From Bilabrum cf. latius (Eukaryota): a DNA stretch of 64,000 nucleotides. Below the pieces are notes generated by a model that had not been told where the DNA came from, made no database searches, and saw only the letters and a program-made list of their open reading frames with translations. This document shows positions 12,789 to 25,352 of this stretch, piece by piece (positions within the stretch are counted from its first letter, which is position 1; each line of letters starts with the position of its first letter). The position numbers were made by a program, and so were the translations under genes. The stretch spans positions 682,001 through 746,000 of the forward strand of contig OZ237735.1 of NCBI GenBank assembly GCA_965178125.1, in the 5' to 3' direction.

Positions 12789-14324
12789 TTAGCCCCGTTT
12801 CCTTGCCCCATCGCCGTTCTCGCCACCTCCAGCAGGTGCACCGGCGCTCTTGCCGAATCCAGCCTGCGGGGCCTGTGGGGCAGGTCCGCCGTCTCCAAAG
12901 TCGTAGTCCTGCAGGAACTCATACACGGAATTGATGATACCCCAAGATACGAGGCTTCTCGTGTAGTTCACGTGCACTCCCCGGAACAGCCCCTAGAAGC
13001 CCCCTCTCTCCCGGTGCACCGTTCTGAACGTGCCCCACAGGCTGGGGTGGGGCCCTCCTACCTGCGACTGTACCACGCTCTTTATCACGTTCAACGGGAA
13101 AAACAGCGTCGATATGCCCGCGCCGAGCAGCGCCCCCGTCACAAAGTTCCGGCCGATCTGCCAGGCGTGGCTCGGCTTGCCATCGGCGCCCACAGGGACA
13201 GGCATCATGTCGCGCACGGGCTCCCGGAAGATAAAGTACATGGCATTGGCCGGCCCGTTGCGCAGGAGGATGGGCAGCGTGCCCCTGTAGTACTCGCGCA
13301 GGCCGTGGGACCTCAGCTTGATGAACGCATCCATCATGTTCTCGTACCTGCTGGTGAAGTGCCGGTGCTGCAGCACGGTTTGGACCCGCTCGAGCGGAGT
13401 GAGGATGGCCTCCGTAGAGCCTGCCAACAAAGCTGCAGTGAGCTGCTGAGCCGCTGGCACGGAGTCAAACACTCCAAATTGATGGGTCTTCTTCAAGAAG
13501 TAGTCGTAGAGGCCGAACATGCAGCTCATAGTGAGCATTTTTTGAGCCAGCGGCGGTGCAAGCCCTCGATACAGGTGCCTCCAGCCCTCTTTCCGCATGC
13601 TCCTGGCCGCTTGCCACAGCGTCAGATTCTCAGCGGCCTATCTAAACATCAGCTTGTTTATGGGAAAAGTTGCCACAATGTTGACAAACGCAGCAATGGC
13701 ACCCCGGGCAAACTCTGGCCCGGACGATCCATTAGGATCCCTTCGTGGCACCGTCTTCCTAGGAACCGATCTCGATACCCCAGAAGTTGCACCATCTTTG
13801 GCAATCTATGCGGACAATGACCCACTCGGCGCTCCAGATAGGGCGGGAGCAGCACTGGTAGTTGCAAAAACAAGCGGCAAAGATGCAGATCCGAGTGGAT
13901 GTCTGAAGTAGCCAGAAGTCTAGGGTCGTGCCGATTCTGAGCCATAGCTTGGACCGCATAGTTCCTTAACAGGTATTCTATGCTCCAAGTAGTGCTTTGC
14001 GTGCCCAACGAGTCCTCCAATATACCGCTTCCCCTCATCTATCGCAACTCTAGCTCCCTTGCCAGCACGAAAGACGCTACCACAGAGACCTTCCATATTA
14101 ATTTCAAAGTTTAGCAGACGTAAAGAACTGGAAGCCGCACTCGAGGATGAGCATGAGCTCCAGCTAGTTGTATTTGAGCCGACAGATAGCCTTCCTTGCG
14201 CAGCCCGTGATTCAACGCCAGCAAGCCAGTTTGAGGGAGCTGCCCTGCCTACGTACGTTTCCTAATGACCATATTCGAACCTCCCGGCATTTATGGTCCC
14301 AATTGAAGGCAGAGTACCATCCAT
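12789..14324 (-). CDS. mitochondrial carrier, SLC25A51/MCART1-like (putative NAD+ carrier), with long N-terminal extension
   Basis: Motifs [38 protein letters not shown] and [27 protein letters not shown] match SLC25A51-type carriers. First in-frame ATG is 14324 (alternative 14096); TAA at 12789-12791. Confidence 0.85.
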
Positions 14325-14765
14325 GTCGGCTACCGCAGGATGCTGTCAATCGCAAACAACCTTAAGTCAATGTCACGTACCTACAGTTACGTTGATCTAC
14401 TGTCAATAGTAGTCAAAACTACAGTTCCGATGCTCCTTACAGCTGGTGAGAGACTTAGATCGCAAAAACACCGCACGTGATCGGCACGCAACTCAGCAGC
14501 AGACAGCAGTCTATCAGCTTAGCTAGTGCAGCAGCAGCTGTGTCTGTACCTACTACTTGACAAGTAGAAAAGAGTGGCTGCTTCAAAACTGCCCCCTTGC
14601 GACAAAGAGGGGCTTATGCCAGGTTGCAAGAAGTGTCTTGTACCACGAGAAGTTGCAACCGCCGCGTCGCCGGCGCTCCTGTCGCTCCCGAATCCGGGGA
14701 TCAGCTGAATAGCTGTTTGCACCTGACAAGTCAACATACGCGGTTATCGTCATTCTTAATGCAAG

Positions 14766-17700
14766 TTACCTTCTTCTTCCTGTTCTTCCGCGGCTGCTAC
14801 GACCATTCTCCCGCTCGGTGGCGCCTGGATCCCCGACCGAAGATCGCCTGCGATGACCGCGGGGCGCACTACCCCCATCCCCAGGCTCTTTGCGCCCGCG
14901 CCGGCTCCTTCGACGCTAGCCACGCCGAGACCGACTCCTCCTGTCACGATGCCTCGCCCCTGACTGGGCCCCGACTCGTACTGCCCCCGATAGGCTACCT
15001 CTCGGAGACTACAGCCCTCCGGCCATTCCGTGGCGAGACACCGTCTCAGGAGCCGCACCGGAATGCGATGCACTCCGCTGCCTACCACCGTGCCGAGCTG
15101 CCCACCCGCCAGTCACGGCGTGTCCATGCACACCAGCGCGCACCGCCATCACGACCTTCCCATCCCCAGGCACCCCTCCACGTGTGCCAGCTGCGGCGTG
15201 CGCTCCTTCAGTGGAGCTGGCGGGCACTCCCGGCTGGTGCCACCTGCCCCGCATCGAGTGCTCGTGCAGCGACGCTGTCGTCCCAGTCACCTCCGACAGA
15301 ACAGTGCTGCCTGCGCTGGAGCTCGTCACAGACCCGGCCTCCCCCTCCTCTCCACTCGTCACACCTTCCTCTGTCCCCTCGTCCGACGACCGGCTCGCCA
15401 GCTGTGCCCTGGGCTCTGCACTCTCGCCGACCGCGCCGAGCACTCCGAACCCCAGTGCACCAGACGTGCCGGCAGCGGGCGTCCCCGGCCCACTGACGGC
15501 CTCGCTCTCTGAGCTGAGCCCAGACACCTCACCCGTCAGCAGAGCTCGGTACATGCCTGCATGCACGCCGGGCCGGGGCGGGCCCCACCCGTCCCCGTCC
15601 TCTCCCGAGAAGTACCCCGCGTTCTCCTGCGCCCGCACGCTCCTCGCCCTCTCCTCCAGCACGTCGGCCGCCTCTTCCCCAGAGGAAGGGAAGCGCCCGA
15701 GCCCCAGCGCTGCAGCGTCCGAACCATGCCCCGTCGAATCTGACGAGGGGGCAGCAGCATCAGCAGCATCAGTAGCAGCATCAGCGGCGGCACCAGGAAG
15801 CTCAAAGCTTGTCAAGTCCTGCGCATCCTCATAATCTCCGCCTAGTTCAGTGCCAGTCAAGCGTGGCTAAGGCGGCAATCTGTGGGTCTCCGACCCCAGC
15901 ACCTGCATGACTGGCTTCAGCTCTGGGCTCCTCCCAATAGAAGCTTCTAGGCCTTGCGCATCCCGCTGCTGACGCTCCTGCAGCGCCCTCTCCTGCTGTT
16001 CGTCGTAGCGCAGGGTAGACCAAGACTTTTGCCGCTCGCTCTCTATGGCAGATAAAACGGCCTGCCCACGGTACTGGGTAGAAGTACCGCTGGGCTACGG
16101 TCCAGAGTAGTTGCTCGTGTCGGTTGCCATGCTAATCGAACGCTCCGGTGCTCCTCCTGCACTAGCATCAGCACCAGCGGCAGAGACAGAGGCAGAGGCA
16201 GAGGCGTTTGTCTGCCCCGAGGAGGAGGCATTGTCAACGCCATCGGGACTGCTCGTAGAACTTGCCGATGCGGAGCCTGCCGTGCCAGCATCCTTCGCCG
16301 AGGCAGACGCTGCACCAGGCGCTGCAGCCAGCATCTTCCGACGCACGTCCGCACCCTAACCCATGGCCACCTGACGCGAGAATTTGCCGCCGAACTTCTG
16401 ATCCACGCACCAGAGATCCACAAACAGCCAGCCGGCGTTCTCTCTAATGTAGTCCTCGATTGACTCGAAGCTTGGAAACACTCCATCTCGCACGGACTGG
16501 GGGCCATGCACGAACATGTTGCGGAGGTAGTGCACCAGGCCGAACAGCGGCCATCCGTGGTGCACCCACTTCTGCTCGTATTCGCGAGGGGGAAAGTGCG
16601 TCCGCCGCCCCTTCTCGGATTCCCAGCCCTCGGGGCCGAGGGTGGCGGGCGGCGGTAGTGCCCTGAACCAAGAGTTGCCACCGAGTCTTGCCCGCACCCG
16701 GCGCTCCAGGGACCTGGCGAACTGGATCTCGCGCTGCCTCTGCTTCGCCCTCTCCCTGTCCGCCTCGCGCTAGACCCGAGAGGCTTCTCTCTCCGCTGCA
16801 GTAGGGCGGTGGTCGCGCTGCTCCCTCCTGCGGTGCCGCTCCTGGCTCTTGCTGCGGCGCCCCATCCCGCGAGCCCTGTGGCTATCCCGGACCTCGATGC
16901 CCTCTGCCACCAGCACCAGAAGTCGGAACTGCGCTGCCCTCGGCCAGAACAGTACGTGTTGGGTCAGTTCATGCACAGGCTGCCTTCGCCTGTGGTCGTG
17001 GTGCATGAGCCGAGACACGAGGTCCCGGGCGGCGAACTCCTGCCTCGAGCTGAGACCGGTCAAGTCTGGCTTCGACCGGCACCGTATGCCCCTCACCCGC
17101 TCCTCGGCAGTCTTACCGTACGGATGCTGGCCTCCAGTCATCACAAAGTGAATCAGGCATCCTAGAGAGAAACTGTCCCTGTACTGCGCCTCTGCCTCGG
17201 CCTGCACGCCGGTGAAGTAGTCCGATCGGGTTGGCCTGCCCAGCTCAGTCGGTCTCTTGCTGCTGCTGCTACCGTCTCCTGATCGACGGGCCCACGCCCG
17301 AGAGTACTTCTTCTGCTGACCGGTCCTATGGCCGCGCCGATGGCCGCCCCTTGCATCAAGCTCCTCCTCCTCCTCTGCCAGCTCGGCCCCAATGCGTCGC
17401 AGCCGGTCTACTTCTGAATCCGCGCGCATCTGCAACGAACGCTCAGAGTCCGTGGTGGAGCCGTTCGAGCCACCGTCATGACACAGCGGCTCAAAATCTG
17501 TGGCACTCAATGCCCAGACTCCATCGTGGTCTGCGAGCTCCTCGCCGAAAGCACCAACCGGCCCGCTCACGGCATGCGTGCGCCTCTGCTCTGGAAGCAT
17601 GCCGCGCCTAAGCTGCCTGGGGTACTCGGTCCATTCGTCAAAATCCTCGCGACGGACGTAACCCCCCAATATAGATCCGTCCTGCGTGATCTTCCCAACG

Positions 17701-19280
17701 CTGAATCGCCTCGTACGATTTCTCTTCGGTGCAGCGCGGCCAGATGCAGCGGCGGCTTTGCCCGCATCTCGACGATCAGCGGCCGGCGGCTCCTCCTCCT
17801 CGATTCCTCCTTCTCCTAAATCGTCATCATTGTCGCTGCTACTACCATCCCCCGCTGGATGGATACCTGGCCCGTGAACGGATGCGGGCGGGGTTGCAGC
17901 AGGCTGCATCAAGCGGAGACTGGCAGCCGTGCGGTGGATCGCACCCCGCACCTGCAGCTCTGCGATCTTTACCGTGTCCCCGCGAATTAGCACGTTGCTC
18001 GGCTTGAGATTGCGATGGAATACAGCCCGTAGGCCAGCAACTCCCCTGGGTCTGTGCAGAAAGGCCACACCCTCGCACATCTGCCTGCACACCTCTCGCC
18101 TGACTCCCCTCAGCTCTCTTGAAGTCCGCACTGGCCGGAGGATGGGCATCACCGGCGGCCTCAGAGCCCCGATGGCGGCTTGAGCCCGCGCCATCGCAGC
18201 TTCATCACGCTCGTAGACCGCCTGGCTGCATGCCTTCAGGCAAGCATCCACCCGCTGTGCATCCTGCACGAAGTCACGGAGCGAGCCGTCGCACGCCTCC
18301 AGCACCACGCACAGCACCGACCCTGGCCCGAGTAGCGGGGGCATAGCGCTAGCGGTATGGTTCTGCGTGCTTGAAGACTATTGGCTGCTAATGCTGTCTG
18401 CTTGGCTGCTGACGAGCACGCCGCTACTGCTCTTGCCCACAGCACCCACAGCACCAACAGCACCCACAGCACCCACAGCACCCACAACGCCTCCCTCCCT
18501 CACGTGCCCCACCCCGCTCCCTTGCCCTGCGCCTTCAGTGCCACCTATCGATGATGGCTATGTCTTGCTCCACTAACCTCCCGTGCTGTCTCCATCCGCT
18601 CCCATGGGGCGCGAGCTGGCGCTGCCATCGTCGGCCTGGTCCTCCGCGGCCAAGATGCCCTGCCGCTAGGACTGCTGGAGAGTGGCGACCGGCGTCACCG
18701 ACATGCCTTTGGCCTTAACAGAGACTTGCTTGCTGATTTTTAAAGCTGGCTCAGATGTATGCGATGCATTGAGTGCCGTGCCAATAGAGGGACCGGCAAT
18801 GCGAAGCGGGCTTGGAGCTCCCGCAACAGCGGGGAAGGCAGACTCGCTACGGGACGACTTAGGACTATGCAGGTCGCTGCGAATTCCAGGAGCCAAATTA
18901 CCTGGCAGTATGACTTCTACCTATCCATTCGATCTCCTCCTGGATTTGTGCAGCAGCTACTGCACAGCCGATCTTCCGTCGCTGCCTTGCATTTGCAGGA
19001 CCTGGGCGGTGGTCATTACCTAGCACGTGTACGTTCTCAAGTAGTGGTGGCCCCCAGATCGAAGTGTCAAAGCATCTTCAATGGCTGCAGAAAGCGCTAC
19101 ATTCGCAGCTATGCCGCTTGTATCTGCAAATGGTGCGTGTATTCGCTTCACCACAACACGCCGCCCGCAGAAGGCTGCAGAGAGTGTCTGCTCTCCTAGC
19201 TTTGACAGAGTATGCGCCCTCGTCCTTCTATCAACGTTCGTAAATCGTATCTCTCCGTTCCATGGGTACACGAAGTCCAT
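14766..19280 (-). CDS. IRE1/RNase L-like pseudokinase plus KEN ribonuclease domain protein, apparently soluble (about 1504 aa)
   Basis: ORFs 19020, 18666, 16770, 16356, 16095 and 15009 share one frame joined by TAG. Motifs HRNLKPSNVLI, DSFSLGCLIHFVMTGGQHPYG, ARDLVSRLMHHD..HVLFW and KEN-type LVHYLRNMFVH. TAA at 14766-14768. Confidence 0.75.
18436..18487. repeat. 9-bp tandem repeat (CCCACAGCA-like) within the kinase-KEN gene
   Basis: About 5-6 imperfect copies are visible directly. Confidence 0.8.
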
Positions 19281-19409
19281 GATTTTGCTGATCTCGCACG
19301 CACAAACGTGCCGGTGGTCCAGCAGTTGTCACACGCCCCCAAGTGAAACTGCCCGGGATTGCAAAGAGGATGCACCTTTTCAGGATATGATCGGGAGTGA
19401 TGCACTGAG

Positions 19410-20534
19410 ATGGTATTGATCTTGGAGAATGGTGTGCGCATGCCTGTGGACAGGCCAGCCCTGGTCCTAAGATCTCCGCAACGTGTCCCCAGGCATGGAG
19501 GCATTCGGACTCCAGCTGTACTGCGGAATCTTGTTGAAATGCTGGGTGTGCGAGACATTATCTCTTTGATGAGCAGCAACCGGGGCATCTTGCAGCTAAT
19601 ATCCAAGAACCGGTCGTTCTTGGACTTGCCAACAAGCCAATTGCCGGTGACCGCCGACAGCAACTACCCGTTCGGTATTCGTCGTGGGTCGCCTTTCTGG
19701 AAGTGGTACTCGACAAAGAAATACGAAAAAGTACTGAGGTGTTGCATTGCTTCGCTCTCTGCGCGGTCGAGTCTGCGCTAGCTCGATTTTGGCGGGGCAG
19801 CCGACCCGTGGACAATGCAAGGGATCTTCTCATCCAAGGACGGACTTCAGATCCCTGCCTCGCTCGGTGCGATGTACATGCACTGGGGAGGCCATCTTGG
19901 ATCCAGTGCCTCCCTCTCCGGGAAGACAGTACTGGGATATTTGCTGTTGCAGCCCGAGGAGGCCGCATCTAGCAGGCGCGCCATGCTGCTGGACGCAGCC
20001 ATTCGAATGCAGCTGGGAGCAGCGATTGCTCCGCTAGGCCTGATCCCCGATGATCTTCTGCCAATCACGCGCGATACCAGCACTCACAGTCTTTTTGTTG
20101 TCTGTGCTCGCTCAGTCACGTTGATGCGGGGCCTCAGCAGTGCCAGTGGGGCAGCTGCGTGTGGACCTGCCAGCCGTGCATGCGGTCGAGCCAAGGATCA
20201 TGATGGGCCTGCAGCTGTGGTGTTAGCATAGTCAGCTGCGGCCATGGACGAAGAATATTCGACAGGGCCGCCCCGCAGAGCTGGGGAACACGGCGATCCC
20301 AAGGCCAAGGCAAGCGCTGCTAGTGCCACCAGTGATGACTAGGAGGCTGCCAGCGCCAGCTCGGGGGCAGCCCGGGGGGCCTATTCTGCAGCTCGCTAGC
20401 CGCTAGCTTCGGCCGCTCCATGCCGTCCTGAGTCCAAGGTGGCCCCGATAGGATGCGTTTTGCGCATTCAGTCGCTATCGGCGCACGTGATTGCACGGAG
20501 TTTTTCGGATTTTATGGTGAAGGCGGCATTCTGA
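19410..20534 (+). CDS. hypothetical protein (about 374 aa)
   Basis: ORFs 19410-19781 and 19815-20231 are in the same frame and continue through TAGs to TGA 20532-20534. Divergent from the kinase-KEN gene. No homology recognised. Confidence 0.5.
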
Positions 20535-20631
20535 TGCGTACGGTAGAATATGGCTCCAATCCTTCACTTTCAAGACACAGAAATTATTCTTACTTTATCA
20601 TCATCAAAATCATGCATGAAACGCTGCATCA

Positions 20632-23600
20632 TCAGCTCTCCGCATCCCCCACGTCCTCCAAATCACCGGCACCCGCTCCAGACGCAGCCCCACTAGCGCC
20701 GCTCCCCTCCTTGGCCATCCACGCGCCCTCCCCCCCGTCGGCCCCTACAGCAGTCGAGGCCTGTCTGACCTCTCCGCCTTTGTTGGGGGCCAAAGATCCC
20801 TCCGATGATGCGCCGCCGCGCGTTGCACCAGCCGCTCCTCCTGCATCGACACCTTCCTTGGATTCACGCACTGCCGCACTCGCGCTGGCTGCACTGGCCG
20901 CGCTACTACGCCCCGATTGGAAAGGATCCGCCTCTGATCCGTCACTGTCTTGGTCGTTCATGCCTGCCCTCTGGTGTTGCTGCCGGAGCACTGCCTGCGC
21001 CGGCGTCTCCTCCGCTTTCCTGACAGCAGCAGCGTGCACACGGCCCACCTGCAGCCGCATGCGCGCCTGCCTCTGGGCCATCATGTGCTCCTGCTGCTTC
21101 TCCTGCAAGGCGATCCTCTGCCTCCATTCCGCAATGGCCTTGGCACGACTGATGCCCTTCTCCAGCGTGTGCACCTCCTTGGCGATGCGCGCATTCGCAG
21201 TCGCCACGTAGCTGGCAGTGGACACGTCCGAGATGACCTCCCAGGTCTTCATTCTCTCGCCCCGGCGATGAGGCCTGCCCATCACGTCGCCGTCATCCGG
21301 CCACACCCGAATCTTTTTCTGGCACCTCCCACCTCGGATGGGATCCGGCACGATGCGCCACCCCTCGACGTGCTCATCGCCCCCGAGGAAGTGGTGCACT
21401 CCCGGCTCGAGCTTGGCCTCGTACAGGCCAGTGTACGGGGGGTTGTACTTGAGTGGTGGCATCCCGTCCTCGTCCTCTTCGTCGTCCTTGCCCGCAGTGC
21501 AGAGGTACCCGCACGTGATGAGCGCGATTAACCGAGTCAGCAGGCCCCATAGCAGAGGGCCAATCGTGTACTTGAGCAGCAGCCAAATGAGCACCACAAG
21601 GAACACCGCAAGCTCCGGGAGCGTGTTCTCTCGCGTCAGCCTCTCCACCAGGTCAGCGTCGCTGTTCTCGCTAGTCACCTGCACGGCCGATTCATAGGAT
21701 GAGGCCACCCCGCCGAGGCCAGCCCGGTCGGCAGCCGATCCCTCGCCAAATACTGGCCTAGATGCGAGCGTTTGGTCTTCCTGGTACATCCACAGGGCCG
21801 TTACGGCATGCAAAAGGAGACCGATGGGCAAAATCTCCAGGGCAAGCTCGATGAGCATGGCGCGCATCGGTGGGGGCTTGCCCATCTGCCTCAGGATCAC
21901 GAACTTCTCGGACCAGTACTGCAGGAAGCACGCCACCGCGGCCACGGGCAGCAGGATGGGCAGTCCGGCCGAGAAAAACATCGTCACAAGGATAGTGTTT
22001 AGCAGGGTGGGCAGCCTCACGCTCGCATCCCACACCGGTTTCTCAAAGACCTGGTCAGCCTCCTCCTGCGTGACGGCACAAGACGCCCTGCACCTCCTGA
22101 CGGGGCCCAGGAGGCAGTCCACGAAGAGTGGCTGGAAGGGGGGCACCACCGCGTTGATGAGCATCGTGTACACGATGGTCACGCCCGGACCCACGTACCA
22201 CCGAGGGGTCATCGAGTCGAAGTCACCCGAGAAGACCGGGAGCCATCCTGGCAACTGCTCCGATACGGCGGGTAGCCTGGCGTTCACCAGCAGAATCAGC
22301 AGGGCGGTGTTGAGGAACGTGGAGATCGTGGTCTTCCAAGCCACGGCGCGCAGCTCTTCCTGCGTTGAGCTGTGCCGCTCCCACCTTGTGATGGCCTGCA
22401 GCACGTACCGCAGGGCCAGGTTGATCACCACGATGATCAGCGACGCAGCGATGGCGCTTGCCTGCGCAAACGCGTAGGATTGCCCGAACTCGAAGCACGA
22501 GTCCCGCTCCGAGTCAATGATCTCTTTGGCCCCGGAGAAGATGCCCTGGTTCTGGATCGCCTGCGTCAGTCGGCTGAAGCAGTAGCACGCCAGTACCGTC
22601 GACCTGGGCACCTCGTCGCCGTCAGGCAAAGCGCACTTGTCAGTGCTCCGAGTCGACACGCACTTGTTTGTCAAGCAATCTGGAGTCGTAGATTGCGCCT
22701 GAAGAGTGGCGTTGCTGTAGACGGGAGCGGGGATATAGGTGGAGGGTGCTCCGCTGAAGGAGCCCTCCTGCTCCATGGTCATGCCCGCCGAATCCGCAGG
22801 ACTCGCGACCCATTCGAGGAAAACCGAGCTGCCGCCGTTCTGACGGCACTGCTCGTCCTCATCTCGATTCCTACGAAGAGTTGCAGAGTTGGGGAGCTCC
22901 TGGCCGGGCCAGTACGTCTCTGGCAAGTCGCTCGAGCACACCGCGAAGTTGGGCAGCGTCTCGAGGTACTGAGACTGGGCGAAGTGAGCGGCAAAGATGA
23001 AGATGAACGACACCACCAGCAGCAGCACCATGCACGTGTTGATCATGAACTGCCTGCAGAACCTCTCCGCAATTGGTGTCTCGAGGTTCTCGTGGATCAC
23101 GTCGTCGGGCTCGGGAGCGGGCTGGACCGTGATGGGCCACCGCTCCAGTCGCAGGAGCTGCCTGGCCGGTTGCGGCATCTGCACCTGCCCTGCCTAGGGC
23201 GTGGCCCCAGCCGGTGCTACCCTGGCCGACGCTCCTGCGTGTGACATGTTGGCCGGGGGGTTCCTGTACACGTGCCTCTCGAACTGTAGGGGCGTGGCCT
23301 GCATCCAGTTGCCCCAGAACGTGTCGCTGCCCCTGTAGTCCGCCACACACCTCCTGAAGGACTCCTCGTTCTGGAAAATGACAAAGGCGCCCACGCAGTC
23401 GCTGGAGCTATGCTGCAGCGCGGCTGCGTGAATCGAGTCGAGCTGCCTCTCGAGCCCCTCCCTCTCCTGCTCTGCCTGTATGAGCAGCTTGTCGTTGGAG
23501 TGCTAAGAGTCCGGCATGTACTTGCGGACCAATGCCCGTGCCCTGCGGATCTTGACCAGCAGGGGCTGGATCTCCTTATACTGGCGAATGAGATCTCCGT

Positions 23601-24699
23601 TGGGGTTGACGATTGCGACCTCTGCCACCCATTTGCGCAGGTAGGCCTTGTTGGCCGTGTTCTCGCAGTTGAGGACCGGTGCGATGATGGTGCCCCCGGG
23701 ACCGAGGCACCTGCGGAGCTCTTTGCGCTGCTTTCGCTCCAGTCCAATATCAATGTCCGGCTCCTCGCCCGTCTGCTCCGCCCGCAGAAGCGCCTACCGC
23801 TCGATGGAGAGGATCTCACCAGCGATCTGGCGCGCTGCGGTCGTCGGCGCCTTGTACTGGCGACGGCGCTCGGGTTTCGCCCGGCTGCAGCAGCAGCAGC
23901 ACGCGTGGCCGGGAAACGTCCAGTCTGGATTTCTAAGGTCGTACAGCCGATTAAAGTGAAAGAGCACCTGCTCGTGGGTGGCGTCCCTTGGCAGGTTGCG
24001 CACGTAGATGGCGTAGTCGGCGGCGCTGGTGTTGTTGTCGCCTACGATTGAAGTCACGTGGCGGATTCGGCAGCTAATGAACCAAAGCAGAATTGCAAAT
24101 CCGATCGAAATGACGACATCCACTCCCGTGATAATGAGCGAGGCGTCTTCCAAATCGAAAAAAACTCCCGTGAACGCCATCTCAACTTGGAAGGCGGTGT
24201 TGCACGCCTCTGACCTCTGTCCAGACTCGCACGCGGTCACATTCAGTTCGAGTACTGATTCTTGGCTGGGGCCCAGGTTGCCTACGGAAAATAGCGACGT
24301 CTGAAGCACGTCAATCTCTTCCTTTGGAAGCCTGTCTCCTCCGTAGCACAGCAGCAGAGCGGGAGCTGCCACTATCGTGGCTAACAGAAAGAAGCAGCCA
24401 GAGTACATGATTATGCGAAAGTACATACCGACCAGGACTCCCATGCTCGAAAGCTGCTGAATGTCGGTGCAGATCGAGCCGCTCCCGCCATCGAAAACGG
24501 AAGCAAGGCTGACTTTCTCTGCCTGGTCCACACTTGGTGGCTTCCACACGATCCCGCGATCTCTCCAATCTTCTCCACCTAGTCCATCATCGTCGTGCTA
24601 CTCGTACGCTGCTACCTGGGCTAGTCCAGTGGGTTGCTGTTCGGCACGCTCCAATACCTCTTCAGGAACCTCATTCTCGCTGCTGTCGTGCCCTTTCAT
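20632..24699 (-). CDS. OSCA/TMEM63 (CSC1-like) multi-pass ion channel (about 1355 aa)
   Basis: Motifs SAADYAIYVRNLP, GAFVIFQNE and VQPAPEPDDVIHENL, many TM helices, and FFSAGLPIL. One frame through TAGs from ATG 24699 to TGA 20632. Confidence 0.85.
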
Positions 24700-24929
24700 C
24701 TCGGGACAACTCTACCGCTTCTCGCTGATTCGTATATGGGATAATTTTCACCTTCGCCTTGCAAAAACGCAAGTTATTCAAGCAATGGGCGAGGTGGGGC
24801 CGTGTAGAAGCGCGAAACCGACCAACCGGCTGTCGCAAGCGCCGGTCGCAACCGAACGGACTGCTTCGCAACGAAGGTTCGACGAGGGTTCGATTGTCAG
24901 GCCAGGTAAACTTCCGCTCGTAAACACGG

Positions 24930-25348
24930 ATGGTTTCAACAAATCACGATGCAGATAATGCTTACTTAAGACAGGGTCTCGTTCCTGTCGCATCGCTTGG
25001 ATTATCATCGGCTCTGCGATTTCTGTGGCTAGATGATGGCATGCTCATTTCGATTGCCTCTACTCTCGCTTGTTGCGTGGTCCTGTGAGCTCATGATTGC
25101 TTCTGCTCGCGTTACAATTCTACCCATTATTGGATTGCAAGATGGCTGGTGCCGAGCTTTGCCGTGTCCATGTCCGTCGCAGGTACGCAGCAGTCATCTC
25201 GAAGCTGCTACCTGCAACTGGGCACCCCGTGCTCGACGCAGTACGGAATGACACGTACTATTGTGTCCTTATCCCATTGCTAGGCATCCCTTTGTTTCTG
25301 TTTTCATACCTGAACTGGCTAAGCTTCAAGCTGTTCAGGCACAACTGA
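24930..25348 (+). CDS. PIG-Y/Eri1-like GPI-GlcNAc transferase subunit; one intron 25085-25182
   Basis: The spliced product reads ...LACCVVLYAAVISKLLP...DTYYCVLIPLLGIP..YLNWLSFKLFRHN, matching the PIG-Y family C-terminus. A GTGAG...CGCAG intron restores the frame. Confidence 0.75.
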
Positions 25349-25352
25349 GCAC

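Noticed and set aside
14591-14613. GC hairpin resembling a terminator or ncRNA
   Set aside because: It is a short imperfect stem with no U-tract, in a eukaryotic context, with no recognisable RNA family.
24860-24910. Possible tRNA (GGTTCGA T-loop-like words), for example a CUA suppressor
   Set aside because: I could not build a cloverleaf or an anticodon arm. No tRNA gene was identified in the window by eye.
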